The notes: generated from the letters alone by a model not told the origin. A stretch of DNA of 27,985 bases from a virus (IMGVR_UViG_3300027686_000027:1-27985); one strand, 5' to 3'. Positions 1-9,331 are shown, numbered from the stretch's first letter. Program-made: numbers and translations.

Positions 1-106
1 AATTAATGTTGAATTAGATATAAGACGTAATCAGAGTTTTGAAAAGACATACCCCGAGTTACACAGCATACTCTTTGCTAGTTATAATGAATCAGTACTT
101 ATTTAA
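1..106 (+). CDS. 3' end of a truncated gene, probably a radical SAM/SPASM-type protein C-terminus
   Basis: Frame from base 2 reads INVELDIRRNQSFEKTYPELHSILFASYNESVLI to TAA at 104-106. The LDxxRNQSFxxTYPEL ending resembles C-termini of phage radical SAM proteins (recalled, not searched). Confidence 0.5.
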   Translation, partial: INVELDIRRNQSFEKTYPELHSILFASYNESVLI

Positions 107-115
107 ATTAAAAAA

Positions 116-373
116 ATGGAAAAACAATCAATAATAGTCTTAGAAGAACATATTACAGCAATTAATACAATTGCCGATAGAAAGAGTGCATTTATAAAAG
201 AGTTAGGTGAAATAGAACACCAAAGATTGATTCTCAAAAAAAGAAAAATAAAAGCAATCGAATTCTCTGATCAAACAGAAATTCAAGCACAGCAATTAGG
301 AGCACATCTTGAAGACGTATACGGTAAAGGTAAGATTGATTTAGATACTAGAACTTTTTTACCTTTAACTTAG
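116..373 (+). CDS. Small coiled-coil hypothetical protein (85 aa)
   Basis: ORF with an A-rich leader. Helical heptad-like N-terminal part, ending YGKGKIDLDTRTFLP. Confidence 0.75.
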   Translation: MEKQSIIVLEEHITAINTIADRKSAFIKELGEIEHQRLILKKRKIKAIEFSDQTEIQAQQLGAHLEDVYGKGKIDLDTRTFLPLT

Positions 374-450
374 TTTTTACACCTTTAAGACTCTATTTAT
401 TAACGGTACATAATACTGCGAACGTAAATACGGTTTAGGTATAATGACGA

Positions 451-458
451 TATTTATA
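451..458 (+). promoter_or_regulatory. Putative late promoter TATTTATA (tail sheath)
   Basis: Exact octamer about 30 nt before the sheath ATG; recurs before other structural genes. Variant TATTTATT at 394-401. Confidence 0.7.
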
Positions 459-487
459 AGAGTACTCAATAATATAACTTTACAAAC

Positions 488-2212
488 ATGGCAGAAACAT
501 TAATTTCCCCAGGCGTACTTGCAAGAGAAAACGACATTTCTTTTATCGCACCATCCGCTATTGAAGCAGGGGCAGCAATAATCGGACCAGCAGTAAAAGG
601 TCCCGTAGAAATACCTACAAAGGTTACTTCTTACGGACAATACCAGAACATCTTCGGTACTACCTTTACTTCAGGATCTACAAAACAAGAATTTTTAACT
701 TCAATTGCTGTAAAGTCCTACTTTAACCAAGGTGGGAATTCAGTAATCGTAACTAGAGTAGTAAATGGATCATTTACAGCAGCTGATTCTACACCAATTA
801 CAGCAGGAGTTGGAGCAGCACCATTTGTACTAAATACTTTAGGAAAAGGTACAATTTATAATTCTTCTGGATCAGCTAACTCAGACGGTTCATTGGTAAA
901 TGGATCTCCTGACAATATTAGATTCGAAGTAGTAAACGTAGATAATACATCTGGTACTTTCGGTCTTTTAGTAAGACGTGGAGATGACAATTTAAAAAAT
1001 AAAATAGTTCTTGAAACATGGAATGATTTATCATTAGATCCTAACTCAGAAGGGTACATTGAATCAGTAATTGGTAATCAATATAAATCTAAAGCTAACG
1101 ACGGTACACAGTACTATGTCAATACGGTCGGAGAATATGTTAATAAGTCCAACTACATTACAGTAAAACAAGACTCAGTACGACAAACATTAGATTACTT
1201 AGGTAACGATGGATTAATTAGAGTAGCAGCTTCTACTGGATCTTTACCAACAGCTCAAATAGGAGCATTTGTAAGTGCAACCGGAGTTAACGTTTCAGCT
1301 ACACAAGTACAGAATAAGTATTTCGGCGATATAGCCGATGCTGGATCTCAAGGTCTAATAGGATCAGATTATGCAAATGCTATCTCAATTCTAGGAAACC
1401 AAGATGAGTATGTATTTAATATTGTATCTGCACCAGGTCTTTTATACGAATTCGGAACACACAAAATACAGTTAGATTCAATTATCTCTTTAGCAGAATC
1501 AAGAGGTGATAATATCGCAGTAGTAGATTTACAGAACTACGGAGCAAACGTAACAGATGCTACAGGAACAGCTAAGACAGTTAATTCTTCTTACGCAGCA
1601 AGTTACTGGCCTTGGTTACAGACTCAATCAGCTACAGGTAAAAACGAATGGATACCAGCATCAGTTGTTATCCCAGGAGTATATGCCTTTACAGATGGAG
1701 CAGCAGCACCATGGTTTGCACCAGCAGGTCTTACTAGAGGAGGATTAGGAAATGTAATCCAAGCAGAAAGAAAATTAACAAGAACACAAAGAGACACATT
1801 ATATAGTGCTAACGTTAACCCAATCGCTACATTCCCAGGAAGTGGTATATCAGTATTCGGTCAAAAGACTCTTCAAAAGAAGAAATCAGCGTTAGACAGA
1901 GTTAATGTTAGAAGATTGCTTATTGAACTTAAAAAATTCTTAGGAGATACAGCTAAAACTTTAGTATTCGAACAGAATACAATAGCAACTAGAAATAGTT
2001 TCTTAGCTACAGTAACACCCTTCTTAGAATCAGTTGTTCAGAGACAAGGATTGTATGCATTTAGAGTTGTAATGGATGACAGTAATAATACGTCAGACAC
2101 TATCGACAGAAATCAATTAATTGGACAAGTATTTATTCAACCAGCTAAAACAGTTGAATTCGTAGTACTAGACTTTACAATTGAACCAACAGGAGCAACT
2201 TTCTCAGCATAA
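488..2212 (+). CDS. Contractile tail sheath protein (T4 gp18-like)
   Basis: N-terminal SPGVxxxExD; C-terminal PWFAPAGxxRG, NPIxxFPGxG, FGQKTL, DRVNVRRLLI, FEQN and QPAKTVEFV motifs typical of sheath proteins. Confidence 0.95.
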   Translation: MAETLISPGVLARENDISFIAPSAIEAGAAIIGPAVKGPVEIPTKVTSYGQYQNIFGTTFTSGSTKQEFLTSIAVKSYFNQGGNSVIVTRVVNGSFTAADSTPITAGVGAAPFVLNTLGKGTIYNSSGSANSDGSLVNGSPDNIRFEVVNVDNTSGTFGLLVRRGDDNLKNKIVLETWNDLSLDPNSEGYIESVIGNQYKSKANDGTQYYVNTVGEYVNKSNYITVKQDSVRQTLDYLGNDGLIRVAASTGSLPTAQIGAFVSATGVNVSATQVQNKYFGDIADAGSQGLIGSDYANAISILGNQDEYVFNIVSAPGLLYEFGTHKIQLDSIISLAESRGDNIAVVDLQNYGANVTDATGTAKTVNSSYAASYWPWLQTQSATGKNEWIPASVVIPGVYAFTDGAAAPWFAPAGLTRGGLGNVIQAERKLTRTQRDTLYSANVNPIATFPGSGISVFGQKTLQKKKSALDRVNVRRLLIELKKFLGDTAKTLVFEQNTIATRNSFLATVTPFLESVVQRQGLYAFRVVMDDSNNTSDTIDRNQLIGQVFIQPAKTVEFVVLDFTIEPTGATFSA

Positions 2213-2225
2213 TTTAAAAGTCGAA

Positions 2226-2233
2226 TATTTATA
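2226..2233 (+). promoter_or_regulatory. Putative late promoter TATTTATA (tail tube)
   Basis: Exact octamer in the sheath-tube spacer, 16 nt before the ATG at 2250. Confidence 0.7.
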
Positions 2234-2249
2234 ATAAACAAACAATAAA

Positions 2250-2735
2250 ATGGCAGTACTAGATCCTAACGAAATAATGTTTAAAGCCTTCGAACCGAAG
2301 GTACAAAACAGATTTATCATGTATATTGATGCAATTCCATCATTCATGATTAAAAATGTAACAGCTCCTTCTTTTACCGATGAAGAGGTAAAATTAGACC
2401 ACATGAACTCTTATAGAAAGATAAGAGGGAAAAGAAGCTGGGAAAATATGGACTTGACTCTATATGATCCAATAACACCTTCTGGAGCACAAGCAGTAAT
2501 GGACTGGGCTCGTTTATCTTACGAATCTGTAACAGGAAGAGCAGGATACTCAGATTTCTACAAAAAAGATTTAACACTTAACATACTAGGCCCTGTAGGG
2601 GATGTAGTTAGCGAGTGGGTAATCAAAGGAGCTTTCATAGTTAATATGGCACAAGGTTCTTTCGATTGGGCAACATCTGATGTAGCTGAATTATCAATTA
2701 CAGTTGCAATGGATTACTGTGTATTGAATTACTAA
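2250..2735 (+). CDS. Tail tube protein (T4 gp19-like)
   Basis: 161 aa directly after the sheath; EPKxxNRF, GKxxWxxxxLTLYD and WxxKGAF...DW patterns of gp19-like tubes. Confidence 0.9.
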   Translation: MAVLDPNEIMFKAFEPKVQNRFIMYIDAIPSFMIKNVTAPSFTDEEVKLDHMNSYRKIRGKRSWENMDLTLYDPITPSGAQAVMDWARLSYESVTGRAGYSDFYKKDLTLNILGPVGDVVSEWVIKGAFIVNMAQGSFDWATSDVAELSITVAMDYCVLNY

Positions 2736-2764
2736 AATTAAGTTTACTACCATTATATATAAAG

Positions 2765-2793
2765 AAGCTCTACTAACGTAGGGCTTTTTTTTT
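2765..2793 (+). terminator. Intrinsic terminator after tail tube
   Basis: AAGCTCTAC-TAAC-GTAGGGCTT stem-loop running into a long T tract. Confidence 0.85.
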
Positions 2794-2802
2794 GGTTTAT
2801 AG

Positions 2803-2832
2803 TTGGTTCTAAAGTTTTTTTTTCTTATATTT
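2803..2832 (+). promoter_or_regulatory. Bacteroidota-type host-RNAP promoter (TTG-N20-TATATTT)
   Basis: TTG 2803-2805, 20-nt spacer, TATATTT 2826-2832; the same geometry occurs at five other sites. Confidence 0.6.
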
Positions 2833-2841
2833 ATATTTATA
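2828..2841 (+). promoter_or_regulatory. Two overlapping TATTTATA late motifs
   Basis: TATTTATA at 2828-2835 and 2834-2841, upstream of the ATG at 2864. Confidence 0.65.
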
Positions 2842-2863
2842 ACAGTTATAACTAAATAAATTT

Positions 2864-3604
2864 ATGTCACAAACAAACAAATTTCCAAGTGAAATTGTAG
2901 AGTTACCATCAAAAGGTTTACTTTATCCTCAAGACTCACCTTTAGCATCCGGAAAGCTAGAGATGAAGTATATGACTGCAAAAGAAGAGGATATTCTTAC
3001 TAATCAGAACTTTATAGAAAGAGGAGTCGTAATTGATAAATTACTTCAAGCTCTTATTGTAGATAAGAAAGTAGAATACAATACATTATTGATAGGGGAT
3101 AAAAATGCTCTATTAATTGCAGCACGTATTTTAGGTTACGGTAAAGAGTACGAATTTTCATACGGTAACGGTAAAGAACTTATTGACTTATCACTGCTTA
3201 ATAATAAGACAGTAGATGAAACTCAGTTCAAAGACGGTAAGAATGAATTCGAATGGACAGCACCAGCTACCGGTACATCAATTAAGTTTAAACTCTTAAC
3301 TCACGGTGATGAACAAAAAGTTCAAACTGAAGTTAGAGGTCTACAGAAAATCAACAAAGAATCATCAGCTGAATTATCAACTCGTTTAAAGTATATGATA
3401 TTAGCTGTAGATGGAAGCGAAGAAACTAAAGAAATTAGAGAATTCGTTGATAATCGATTTTTAGCTAGAGATTCAAGAGAGTTTAGAAAACATATAGAAA
3501 AGATATCACCAGACGTTGATATGACTTTCTACCCAAAAGACGTAGAGGAGGGCGTGTCGATACCAATCGGCGTTACATTTCTTTGGCCTGACGCAAACAT
3601 ATAG
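2864..3604 (+). CDS. Tail assembly chaperone / baseplate hub assembly protein (T4 gp26-like)
   Basis: Lies between tube and tape measure; LPSKG, MTAKEEDIL, GDKNALLIAARILGYG motifs and C-terminal FLWP. Confidence 0.75.
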   Translation: MSQTNKFPSEIVELPSKGLLYPQDSPLASGKLEMKYMTAKEEDILTNQNFIERGVVIDKLLQALIVDKKVEYNTLLIGDKNALLIAARILGYGKEYEFSYGNGKELIDLSLLNNKTVDETQFKDGKNEFEWTAPATGTSIKFKLLTHGDEQKVQTEVRGLQKINKESSAELSTRLKYMILAVDGSEETKEIREFVDNRFLARDSREFRKHIEKISPDVDMTFYPKDVEEGVSIPIGVTFLWPDANI

Positions 3605-3836
3605 GGTAAACTTCTATAATCAAGTACATGAGATAGTATTTCATGGAAAAGGAGGATATGATTGGGATACTGTTTTTAATATGCCTATATGGCTACGTAA
3701 GTTTACATTCCAGAAAATACAAGAGTATTATGAGAAGGAAGCTGAGGCTTCTAACTCTAAAGGAACCAACTCACAATCAATGCCAACAGGACCAAATATT
3801 AAAGCACCATCTTATAGTACAAAGGCTTCTAATTAA
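3582..3836 (+). CDS. Start-less +1-frame extension of the chaperone (gp51-like / GT-type domain), probably reached by frameshifting
   Basis: The +1 frame is open 3546-3836 and reads FGLTQTYRVNFYNQVHEIVFHGKGGYDWDTVFNMPIWLRKFTFQKIQEYYEKEAEASNSKG...KASN. No ATG/GTG/TTG before 3681. Confidence 0.7.
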   Translation, partial: FGLTQTYRVNFYNQVHEIVFHGKGGYDWDTVFNMPIWLRKFTFQKIQEYYEKEAEASNSKGTNSQSMPTGPNIKAPSYSTKASN

Positions 3837-3847
3837 TAGAGGCCTTT
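3821..3847 (+). terminator. Stem-loop, possible terminator or processing hairpin
   Basis: AAAGGCTTCTA-ATTAA-TAGAGGCCTTT, 11-bp stem with one G-U pair, overlapping the stop of the +1 frame; short U tail. Confidence 0.5.
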
Positions 3848-3849
3848 AC

Positions 3850-3857
3850 TATTTATA
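3850..3857 (+). promoter_or_regulatory. Putative late promoter TATTTATA (tape measure)
   Basis: Exact octamer 17 nt before the ATG at 3875. Confidence 0.7.
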
Positions 3858-3874
3858 ATAAAGCAACCCGCTAA

Positions 3875-6800
3875 ATGGCATCCGAAGAAGAGAAAAACCA
3901 AAAGGAGATAAATAAGGCAAAACAGCAAGGCAATGTCTATAGTGATAAAGCTGTGCAAATTGCTGCCTTACTTACTAATGAAAGTAGAACCCTTAATGAA
4001 GCATTAAGAGATACTCTTGGTATACGTACTCGTCAAAACGATTTCGATAAAGCCTTACTGAAAGTAGCCAAACAAATCACAGCTTCATCTGAAGCAAATT
4101 CCTTAGCTTTAGGACGTTCAGGAGATATAAGTAAAGCAATATATAAAGACGAGTTACTTGTACTTGATGCTAAACGTGAACTTGCAATAGCATCTGCAGA
4201 TGTTGGTACAATACAACAGGGAATAGCAGAAAAACTTGTAAAAGCTAACAATCATGCATTAGAGACTTCTAAGAAAATAGAAGATAGTTTATTAGCTCAA
4301 AAAGACCTTTCCGGAGAAGCACTAGAAAAGAGTAAAGAAACTATCGCTCAGGATAAAGTTAAACTTGCTAATATCGAAAATGAAGTAGCAAAGAAAAGTC
4401 AGCTTCTCGATACAGATGGAGAAAGGTACGCAATAGCTATCCAGCTTGTAGATCAATCACAAAAGAATTTAGCATCTAAAGATAAAGAATTAGATCTTCA
4501 AAAATCCATAAACGTTAGTATGGGTTCTACAGGAGCATTAATAAAAAGTGCAAAAGGGATGATGGACCAGTTAGGTATGTCCTCTCTTGGTAATTTCCTT
4601 AATGTAGATAAAGCAAACGAAGAACTAAAAGAACAGGTTGACTTAATAGAAAGAGCAGAAGCAGCAGGAGAACCTATGCCCGAAAGGTATAAGGGTATGA
4701 ACAAAAGCCAGGCTTTACTAAATGCTAAACAATCAGCATATAACAATTTAATACAGGGAGCCGTAAAAGGAGCATTCTCTTTAGAAGCAGTATTAGGTTT
4801 TGTATTCAAAAGTATATTAGCTGGGTCAGATCAGATGGCAAGGTTGCAGAGGTCAACAGGTATGACCTATAAAGCAGCTTACCAGTACCAAAATGAATTA
4901 AAATCAGCAGCTATAGCTTCGGGTAATAACTTTATTACCACAGAGAAGTTATTAAAAGCACACAGCATGATAACCAAAGAGATTGGGATGTCTGCTGCTA
5001 TACTTAAGGGTGAATCTTTAATAAGTGCTACAAACCTTTCTGAGAAGGTAGGATTAGCAGCAAATGAAGCTGCACGACTAGTGACAATGGCTGAATTAAC
5101 TGGTCAAAGCTCAGAAGGAATGCTTGACAATATGGGGAAACAACAAACCTCATTGAATAAGCAGAATAAAACTATGTTCTCTTTAAGGGATATGATGGAA
5201 GCAGTTGCTTCTGCCTCTATGGCGACTGTTTTGACATTAGGTAAATCTTCTAAAGCATTATTAAGCGCAGCAAATGCGGCAAAACAATTAGGTACTGATA
5301 TAGCAGGAGTAGAGAAGATAGCAGATTCTTTATTAGACTTTGAATCTTCTATTGAAAACGAATTGCAAGCTCAGTTACTAACAGGTAAAAATTTAAACCT
5401 AACTAAGGCAAGAGAATTAGCTTTAGCTGGAGATTTAGAAGGAGTAGCAAAAGAAGTAGGTAAACAAGAGGCAATTAAAACTGCATTTGCCACTAAAAAC
5501 GTAATTGCACAAAAAGCTGCAGCTAAAGCACTCGGACTATCTAGAGAAGAGTTAGCTAAAATGACATATCAGCAAGAACTATTAGAATTAGGAGCTAGTA
5601 GGTTTAAAGATAGATACGGAGAAGTTGCATACAACAGCTTAAAAGCACAATCAGCACAGGATAAGTTTAATGACTTAATAACTAAAGCAACAGGTATACT
5701 TGGTGACCTATTAGGAATTTTTTCTCCTATAATAGATGCAATAGCATGGATAGCTAGTAACCCATTCGCTGGACCTATATTAGCAGCTGTAATAGCAGCC
5801 AAAGCACTGAACATGAATTTCATGGGAAGTATTAAGTCTATGGGATCAATGGTGGGCTCTGCTAAAAAATTAGGAGCTTCATTAGTATCTGCATTTAAAG
5901 CACCAGGATCAACTTTAAAGAGTCTTGGAGATAAAATGAAAACCTCTTTTGGAGAAGGTAAAGATGGACTAGCAAGCAAAGCATCCGATAAGACGAAAGC
6001 TCTCCAGTCAAAAACTAAAGGTGCTAAAGGACAAGGACCAAAAGGATTCTTAAAATCACTTGGTGACGGTTTAGCCTCTATTGGTAAACAATTTGGGGAC
6101 GTAGTTAAAGGAGCATTAGCATTAGGAATAGCAGGAATATCAATAGGAGGATCTTTTGCCTTGGCATTAAAAATGGTAGAAAAAGTTGACCCTAAAACTA
6201 TGTTAGCTTTCGCTACCTCAATAGGTATATTCGGAGGTTCCTTAGCATTAGTAGGTAAACAAGCAAATAATGCTATAAAAGGAGCAGTTGCTATGGGTAT
6301 TATGGGAGTAGCACTTATACCGGCAGCATACGCATTTAGTTTATTAGAGAAGACAGATCCAAAAGCAATAGCCACATTAGCAGGTACTTTACTCGTACTT
6401 GGAACTGGAGCAGCCATTTTAGGAGCACTCTCAGCTAATATTATAGCAGGAGCAGGAGCAATAGGCATACTAGGTCTAGCTATGGTACCAGCAGCATACG
6501 CATTTAGTTTATTAGAAAACGTAGATACAGGTAAACTAATAGCATTCTCTATAGCATTACCCCTATTAGGATTAGCAGCAGCAGGGTTAGGGATGTTATC
6601 ACCATTTATAATAGCAGGTGCAGCAGCCTTAGCAGTTCTAGGAGCTGCAATGATACCTGCAGCTATGGCATTTAATATAATGGCTAAGGCTGATCTAGAA
6701 AAAATAGCAGCAGGCTTAACAGGAATAGCATCAGTAGGGCCACAACTTGCATTAGCCGGTATTGGGATGGTTGCATTAGGAGGTGGAGCAGCAGTATTAG

Positions 6801-7426
6801 GTTTAGCATCACCTATGTTATTAATCGCAGCAATGGCCTTAGGGGCAATAGGGTTAGCAGCACAATTAGCTTCTACTTCTAATTTACAAGATATAGCAGC
6901 TAACTTAGTACAGTTAGGAACAGCTGGCCCTGGTTTAATAGCAGCAGGAGTCGGCTTATTTGCAGTAGCAGGCGGAATCACAGCATTTGCCTTAGCAATG
7001 TCTATAGCTTCAGCAATAGGAGGCATATCCTCTCTATTTGGAGGTGGTATGATGTCAGATATATCTCAATTAGCAGCAATGGCAGAACCATTAGCTACAG
7101 TTGGAACAGCATTAGGAGCAATAGCATTAGGAGTATTAGGTTTATCTACGGCATTATCTAGTTTAGATATAAGTAAGATAAGTGCATTAAATGGCTTAAT
7201 GCTTACAACAGCAATAGCAGCACCAATGGTCGCCGCAGCAGGTGCCATTACAGGTGTAGTAGAGAGTATAACAGGAACAGGAGAAGAATCGAAGAGCGAC
7301 AGTGATTCAAAGTTAGTCGCAAAGATAGACGAACTTATCTCAGCAGTAAAACAAGGAGGAGACGTATATTTAGATGGTGGTAAAGTAGGAACTTCATTAT
7401 TATTATCAACATATAAATCTGCTTAA
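3875..7426 (+). CDS. Tail tape measure protein (1183 aa)
   Basis: Long Ala/Leu/Gly-rich helical protein after tube and chaperone; LLDFESSIENELQAQLLTG segment, hydrophobic repeats and C-terminal VYLDGxKVG. Confidence 0.9.
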   Translation: MASEEEKNQKEINKAKQQGNVYSDKAVQIAALLTNESRTLNEALRDTLGIRTRQNDFDKALLKVAKQITASSEANSLALGRSGDISKAIYKDELLVLDAKRELAIASADVGTIQQGIAEKLVKANNHALETSKKIEDSLLAQKDLSGEALEKSKETIAQDKVKLANIENEVAKKSQLLDTDGERYAIAIQLVDQSQKNLASKDKELDLQKSINVSMGSTGALIKSAKGMMDQLGMSSLGNFLNVDKANEELKEQVDLIERAEAAGEPMPERYKGMNKSQALLNAKQSAYNNLIQGAVKGAFSLEAVLGFVFKSILAGSDQMARLQRSTGMTYKAAYQYQNELKSAAIASGNNFITTEKLLKAHSMITKEIGMSAAILKGESLISATNLSEKVGLAANEAARLVTMAELTGQSSEGMLDNMGKQQTSLNKQNKTMFSLRDMMEAVASASMATVLTLGKSSKALLSAANAAKQLGTDIAGVEKIADSLLDFESSIENELQAQLLTGKNLNLTKARELALAGDLEGVAKEVGKQEAIKTAFATKNVIAQKAAAKALGLSREELAKMTYQQELLELGASRFKDRYGEVAYNSLKAQSAQDKFNDLITKATGILGDLLGIFSPIIDAIAWIASNPFAGPILAAVIAAKALNMNFMGSIKSMGSMVGSAKKLGASLVSAFKAPGSTLKSLGDKMKTSFGEGKDGLASKASDKTKALQSKTKGAKGQGPKGFLKSLGDGLASIGKQFGDVVKGALALGIAGISIGGSFALALKMVEKVDPKTMLAFATSIGIFGGSLALVGKQANNAIKGAVAMGIMGVALIPAAYAFSLLEKTDPKAIATLAGTLLVLGTGAAILGALSANIIAGAGAIGILGLAMVPAAYAFSLLENVDTGKLIAFSIALPLLGLAAAGLGMLSPFIIAGAAALAVLGAAMIPAAMAFNIMAKADLEKIAAGLTGIASVGPQLALAGIGMVALGGGAAVLGLASPMLLIAAMALGAIGLAAQLASTSNLQDIAANLVQLGTAGPGLIAAGVGLFAVAGGITAFALAMSIASAIGGISSLFGGGMMSDISQLAAMAEPLATVGTALGAIALGVLGLSTALSSLDISKISALNGLMLTTAIAAPMVAAAGAITGVVESITGTGEESKSDSDSKLVAKIDELISAVKQGGDVYLDGGKVGTSLLLSTYKSA
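6323..6690 (+). repeat. 168-nt (56-aa) periodic repeat in the tape measure gene
   Basis: Identical 26-mer GCAGCATACGCATTTAGTTTATTAGA at 6323-6348 and 6491-6516; third degenerate unit (AAMAFNIM) starts at 6659. Confidence 0.85.
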
Positions 7427-7434
7427 TATTTATA
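7427..7434 (+). promoter_or_regulatory. Putative late promoter TATTTATA (baseplate operon)
   Basis: Exact octamer immediately after the tape measure stop, 23 nt before the ATG at 7458. Confidence 0.7.
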
Positions 7435-7457
7435 ATCAAACAATTAAATTAATAAAC

Positions 7458-7667
7458 ATGGGAATCAAATCAAACCAATTAGCTTCACCTCTAGGATTAA
7501 AAGGTGAAACACCAACAAACAGACCAGGAGCTTCAGCAGCAAACGATATTCGTTATAATCTGGAAAAAGGAACTGAAATTAACAACTCACCACTAAATGT
7601 GAAGTCTGACAATTTACAGGGTTCAAAATACAATCAAGCAAAGCCTTATACTAACCCAGAAGGATAA
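7458..7667 (+). CDS. Small hypothetical virion-module protein (69 aa)
   Basis: ORF after a late motif with an A-rich leader; fills the gap before 7679. Confidence 0.7.
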   Translation: MGIKSNQLASPLGLKGETPTNRPGASAANDIRYNLEKGTEINNSPLNVKSDNLQGSKYNQAKPYTNPEG

Positions 7668-7678
7668 GGAGTTAACTT

Positions 7679-9331
7679 ATGGCATTAGTCGAATTAAAGA
7701 CAGATTTAAAGTCTCTTAAGAACAGTACCTTTGGAGCAAAGGATCTTTTAGTTGGGAAGGATATTAACGATCCACCTAATTCGAAGGGTCTTATGATGCA
7801 AGTTACTCGCAGAGTAGATGACTTAGTTCGACATACAAAGCTTTTAGGAAGAAAAGAAGGTCTTAAATTTCTCGGTAATCAAGCCTTACTAGCCCAGACT
7901 AACCTAAAGCAGAAAATAAAGCAAGGTAAGAAGGACGGTAACCTGGGCGAGGTTATGAAAGATCAAGCAATCCTTACCGGTATTAATACAGTAGCAGGAA
8001 CCGCTTCAATTTTAGCTCAAATACCAGTTAATGGAACCGGTACTCACCTCATAAGAGGATTTGGAGGAAATAGCTACTTAAAACCTTCAGGAGATCCATC
8101 AGGAATTAATGGACTTGTAGCAGGAATGTCAAGCTTAGCTGGTGGAACCGGTAATACGGTAAATGCCGCTGTAAATTCTTTAAACGGTGAACTATCAATA
8201 CCGGATACTGGAGCTTGGTCAGGAATACAAGATTATAATACTAAAAATTCTGGAGAAGACCGTGTTAAAAGTATTTTAAAAACTAAACACGAAGAAAATC
8301 CATCTCCTTTGGGAGATGCTATTACGGAAGTAAATAATCCAAGCGGACAGTGGAATTATCTTGGTGAAGACGATATTGATAATGAAAAAACTAAAGTTCG
8401 CTCTACAGTAGTACTAGAAGGAGGTAAAATAACTTTAGATAAAGACAAAATATATAGTAAACATTACTTTGACGGTAGAACTAGAGTAAGCGGAGGAATT
8501 CCTTCGAAAGGGGCAAAAGGTGGTAATACAGTTGTAAATAAATTCCCAGAAGATGAAATGGGACAACTTAATCTTGAAGAAGCTAAGATAAACAATAACG
8601 TAGATCAGCAAACAGAAGAAAAAAGGGTACTCCGAACAAGCGCAAAACTAAAAGCTAATTACGAAACATACGAAATTGATGGCAAAGCTATAGGAACTAC
8701 AAGCAACCCAATCACTTTATCTAATCCAGGTAAAACAAGATTAGGAGCTGACGGTAAAATCTCAGATACAGAAGATAGACCAGACGTTATACAAAGTCAA
8801 GCAGTACTTACAGAAGCATTAGGCGTAGACAAGCAAGATTTAATACCTTTTGAATTTAATACCTTTACCCCTGGCAATGTCGGAGGAAAGTTCTTATATT
8901 TTAGAGCATTGTTAGATGGATTTTCGGATAATTACGCTGGAGATTGGACTGGTACTAAGTATGTAGGTAGAGGAGAAGAGTTATATACGTATAATGGGTT
9001 TAAAAGAGACATATCATTTGATTTCAAAGCAGCAGCTTTTTCAAAAGCAGATATGGTACCTTTATATGATAAATTAAATGCTTTAGTAGGAGCAACAGCA
9101 CCGACTTATGGCAATGGATTATTTATGCAAGGAACATTTACTAAAATTACAGTAGGAGACTACCTTAAGAAAGTACCCGGTATCATTAGATCAGTTGGAT
9201 TAACTTGGGATAAAGGTACACCTTGGGAGATAGAAGGAGATTTAAGAGTACCTCATATGTTAAGCGTAAGCATAGCATTTACACCGATACATAACTTTGT
9301 TCCTCAGGAAGGAAGTAAATATATAGGATAA
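7679..9331 (+). CDS. Baseplate / tail-tube initiator-like protein
   Basis: C-terminal ~170 aa (FRALLDGFSDNY..W...YVGRGE..Y.Y.GFKRDISFDF...PWEI...PH) resemble a tube-fold initiator domain; lies after the tape measure gene. Confidence 0.65.
   Translation: MALVELKTDLKSLKNSTFGAKDLLVGKDINDPPNSKGLMMQVTRRVDDLVRHTKLLGRKEGLKFLGNQALLAQTNLKQKIKQGKKDGNLGEVMKDQAILTGINTVAGTASILAQIPVNGTGTHLIRGFGGNSYLKPSGDPSGINGLVAGMSSLAGGTGNTVNAAVNSLNGELSIPDTGAWSGIQDYNTKNSGEDRVKSILKTKHEENPSPLGDAITEVNNPSGQWNYLGEDDIDNEKTKVRSTVVLEGGKITLDKDKIYSKHYFDGRTRVSGGIPSKGAKGGNTVVNKFPEDEMGQLNLEEAKINNNVDQQTEEKRVLRTSAKLKANYETYEIDGKAIGTTSNPITLSNPGKTRLGADGKISDTEDRPDVIQSQAVLTEALGVDKQDLIPFEFNTFTPGNVGGKFLYFRALLDGFSDNYAGDWTGTKYVGRGEELYTYNGFKRDISFDFKAAAFSKADMVPLYDKLNALVGATAPTYGNGLFMQGTFTKITVGDYLKKVPGIIRSVGLTWDKGTPWEIEGDLRVPHMLSVSIAFTPIHNFVPQEGSKYIG

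Noticed and set aside
3545-3551. GAGGAGG as an SD for the second frame or as a prfB-style frameshift stimulator
   Set aside because: No suitably spaced start codon in the +1 frame, and it lies about 30 nt from the slip site, far more than in prfB; it simply encodes Glu-Glu-Gly.
3602-3619. Stop-codon readthrough or TAG recoding as the explanation for the chaperone extension
   Set aside because: After TAG the same frame hits TAA within five codons. TAG and TGA end other genes cleanly and long genes are uninterrupted, so the code is standard.
3643-3858. 71-aa ORF in the supplied track (MEKEDMIG...)
   Set aside because: Wrong frame: it runs over the hairpin and late motif, while the overlapping frame ending at 3836 gives the protein-like sequence.
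5569-7026. 485-aa minus-strand ORF, and 7066-7248
   Set aside because: Antisense shadow of the Ala/Gly/Leu-rich tape measure region; low-complexity Ala/Pro/Ile/Asn product with no promoter or motifs.
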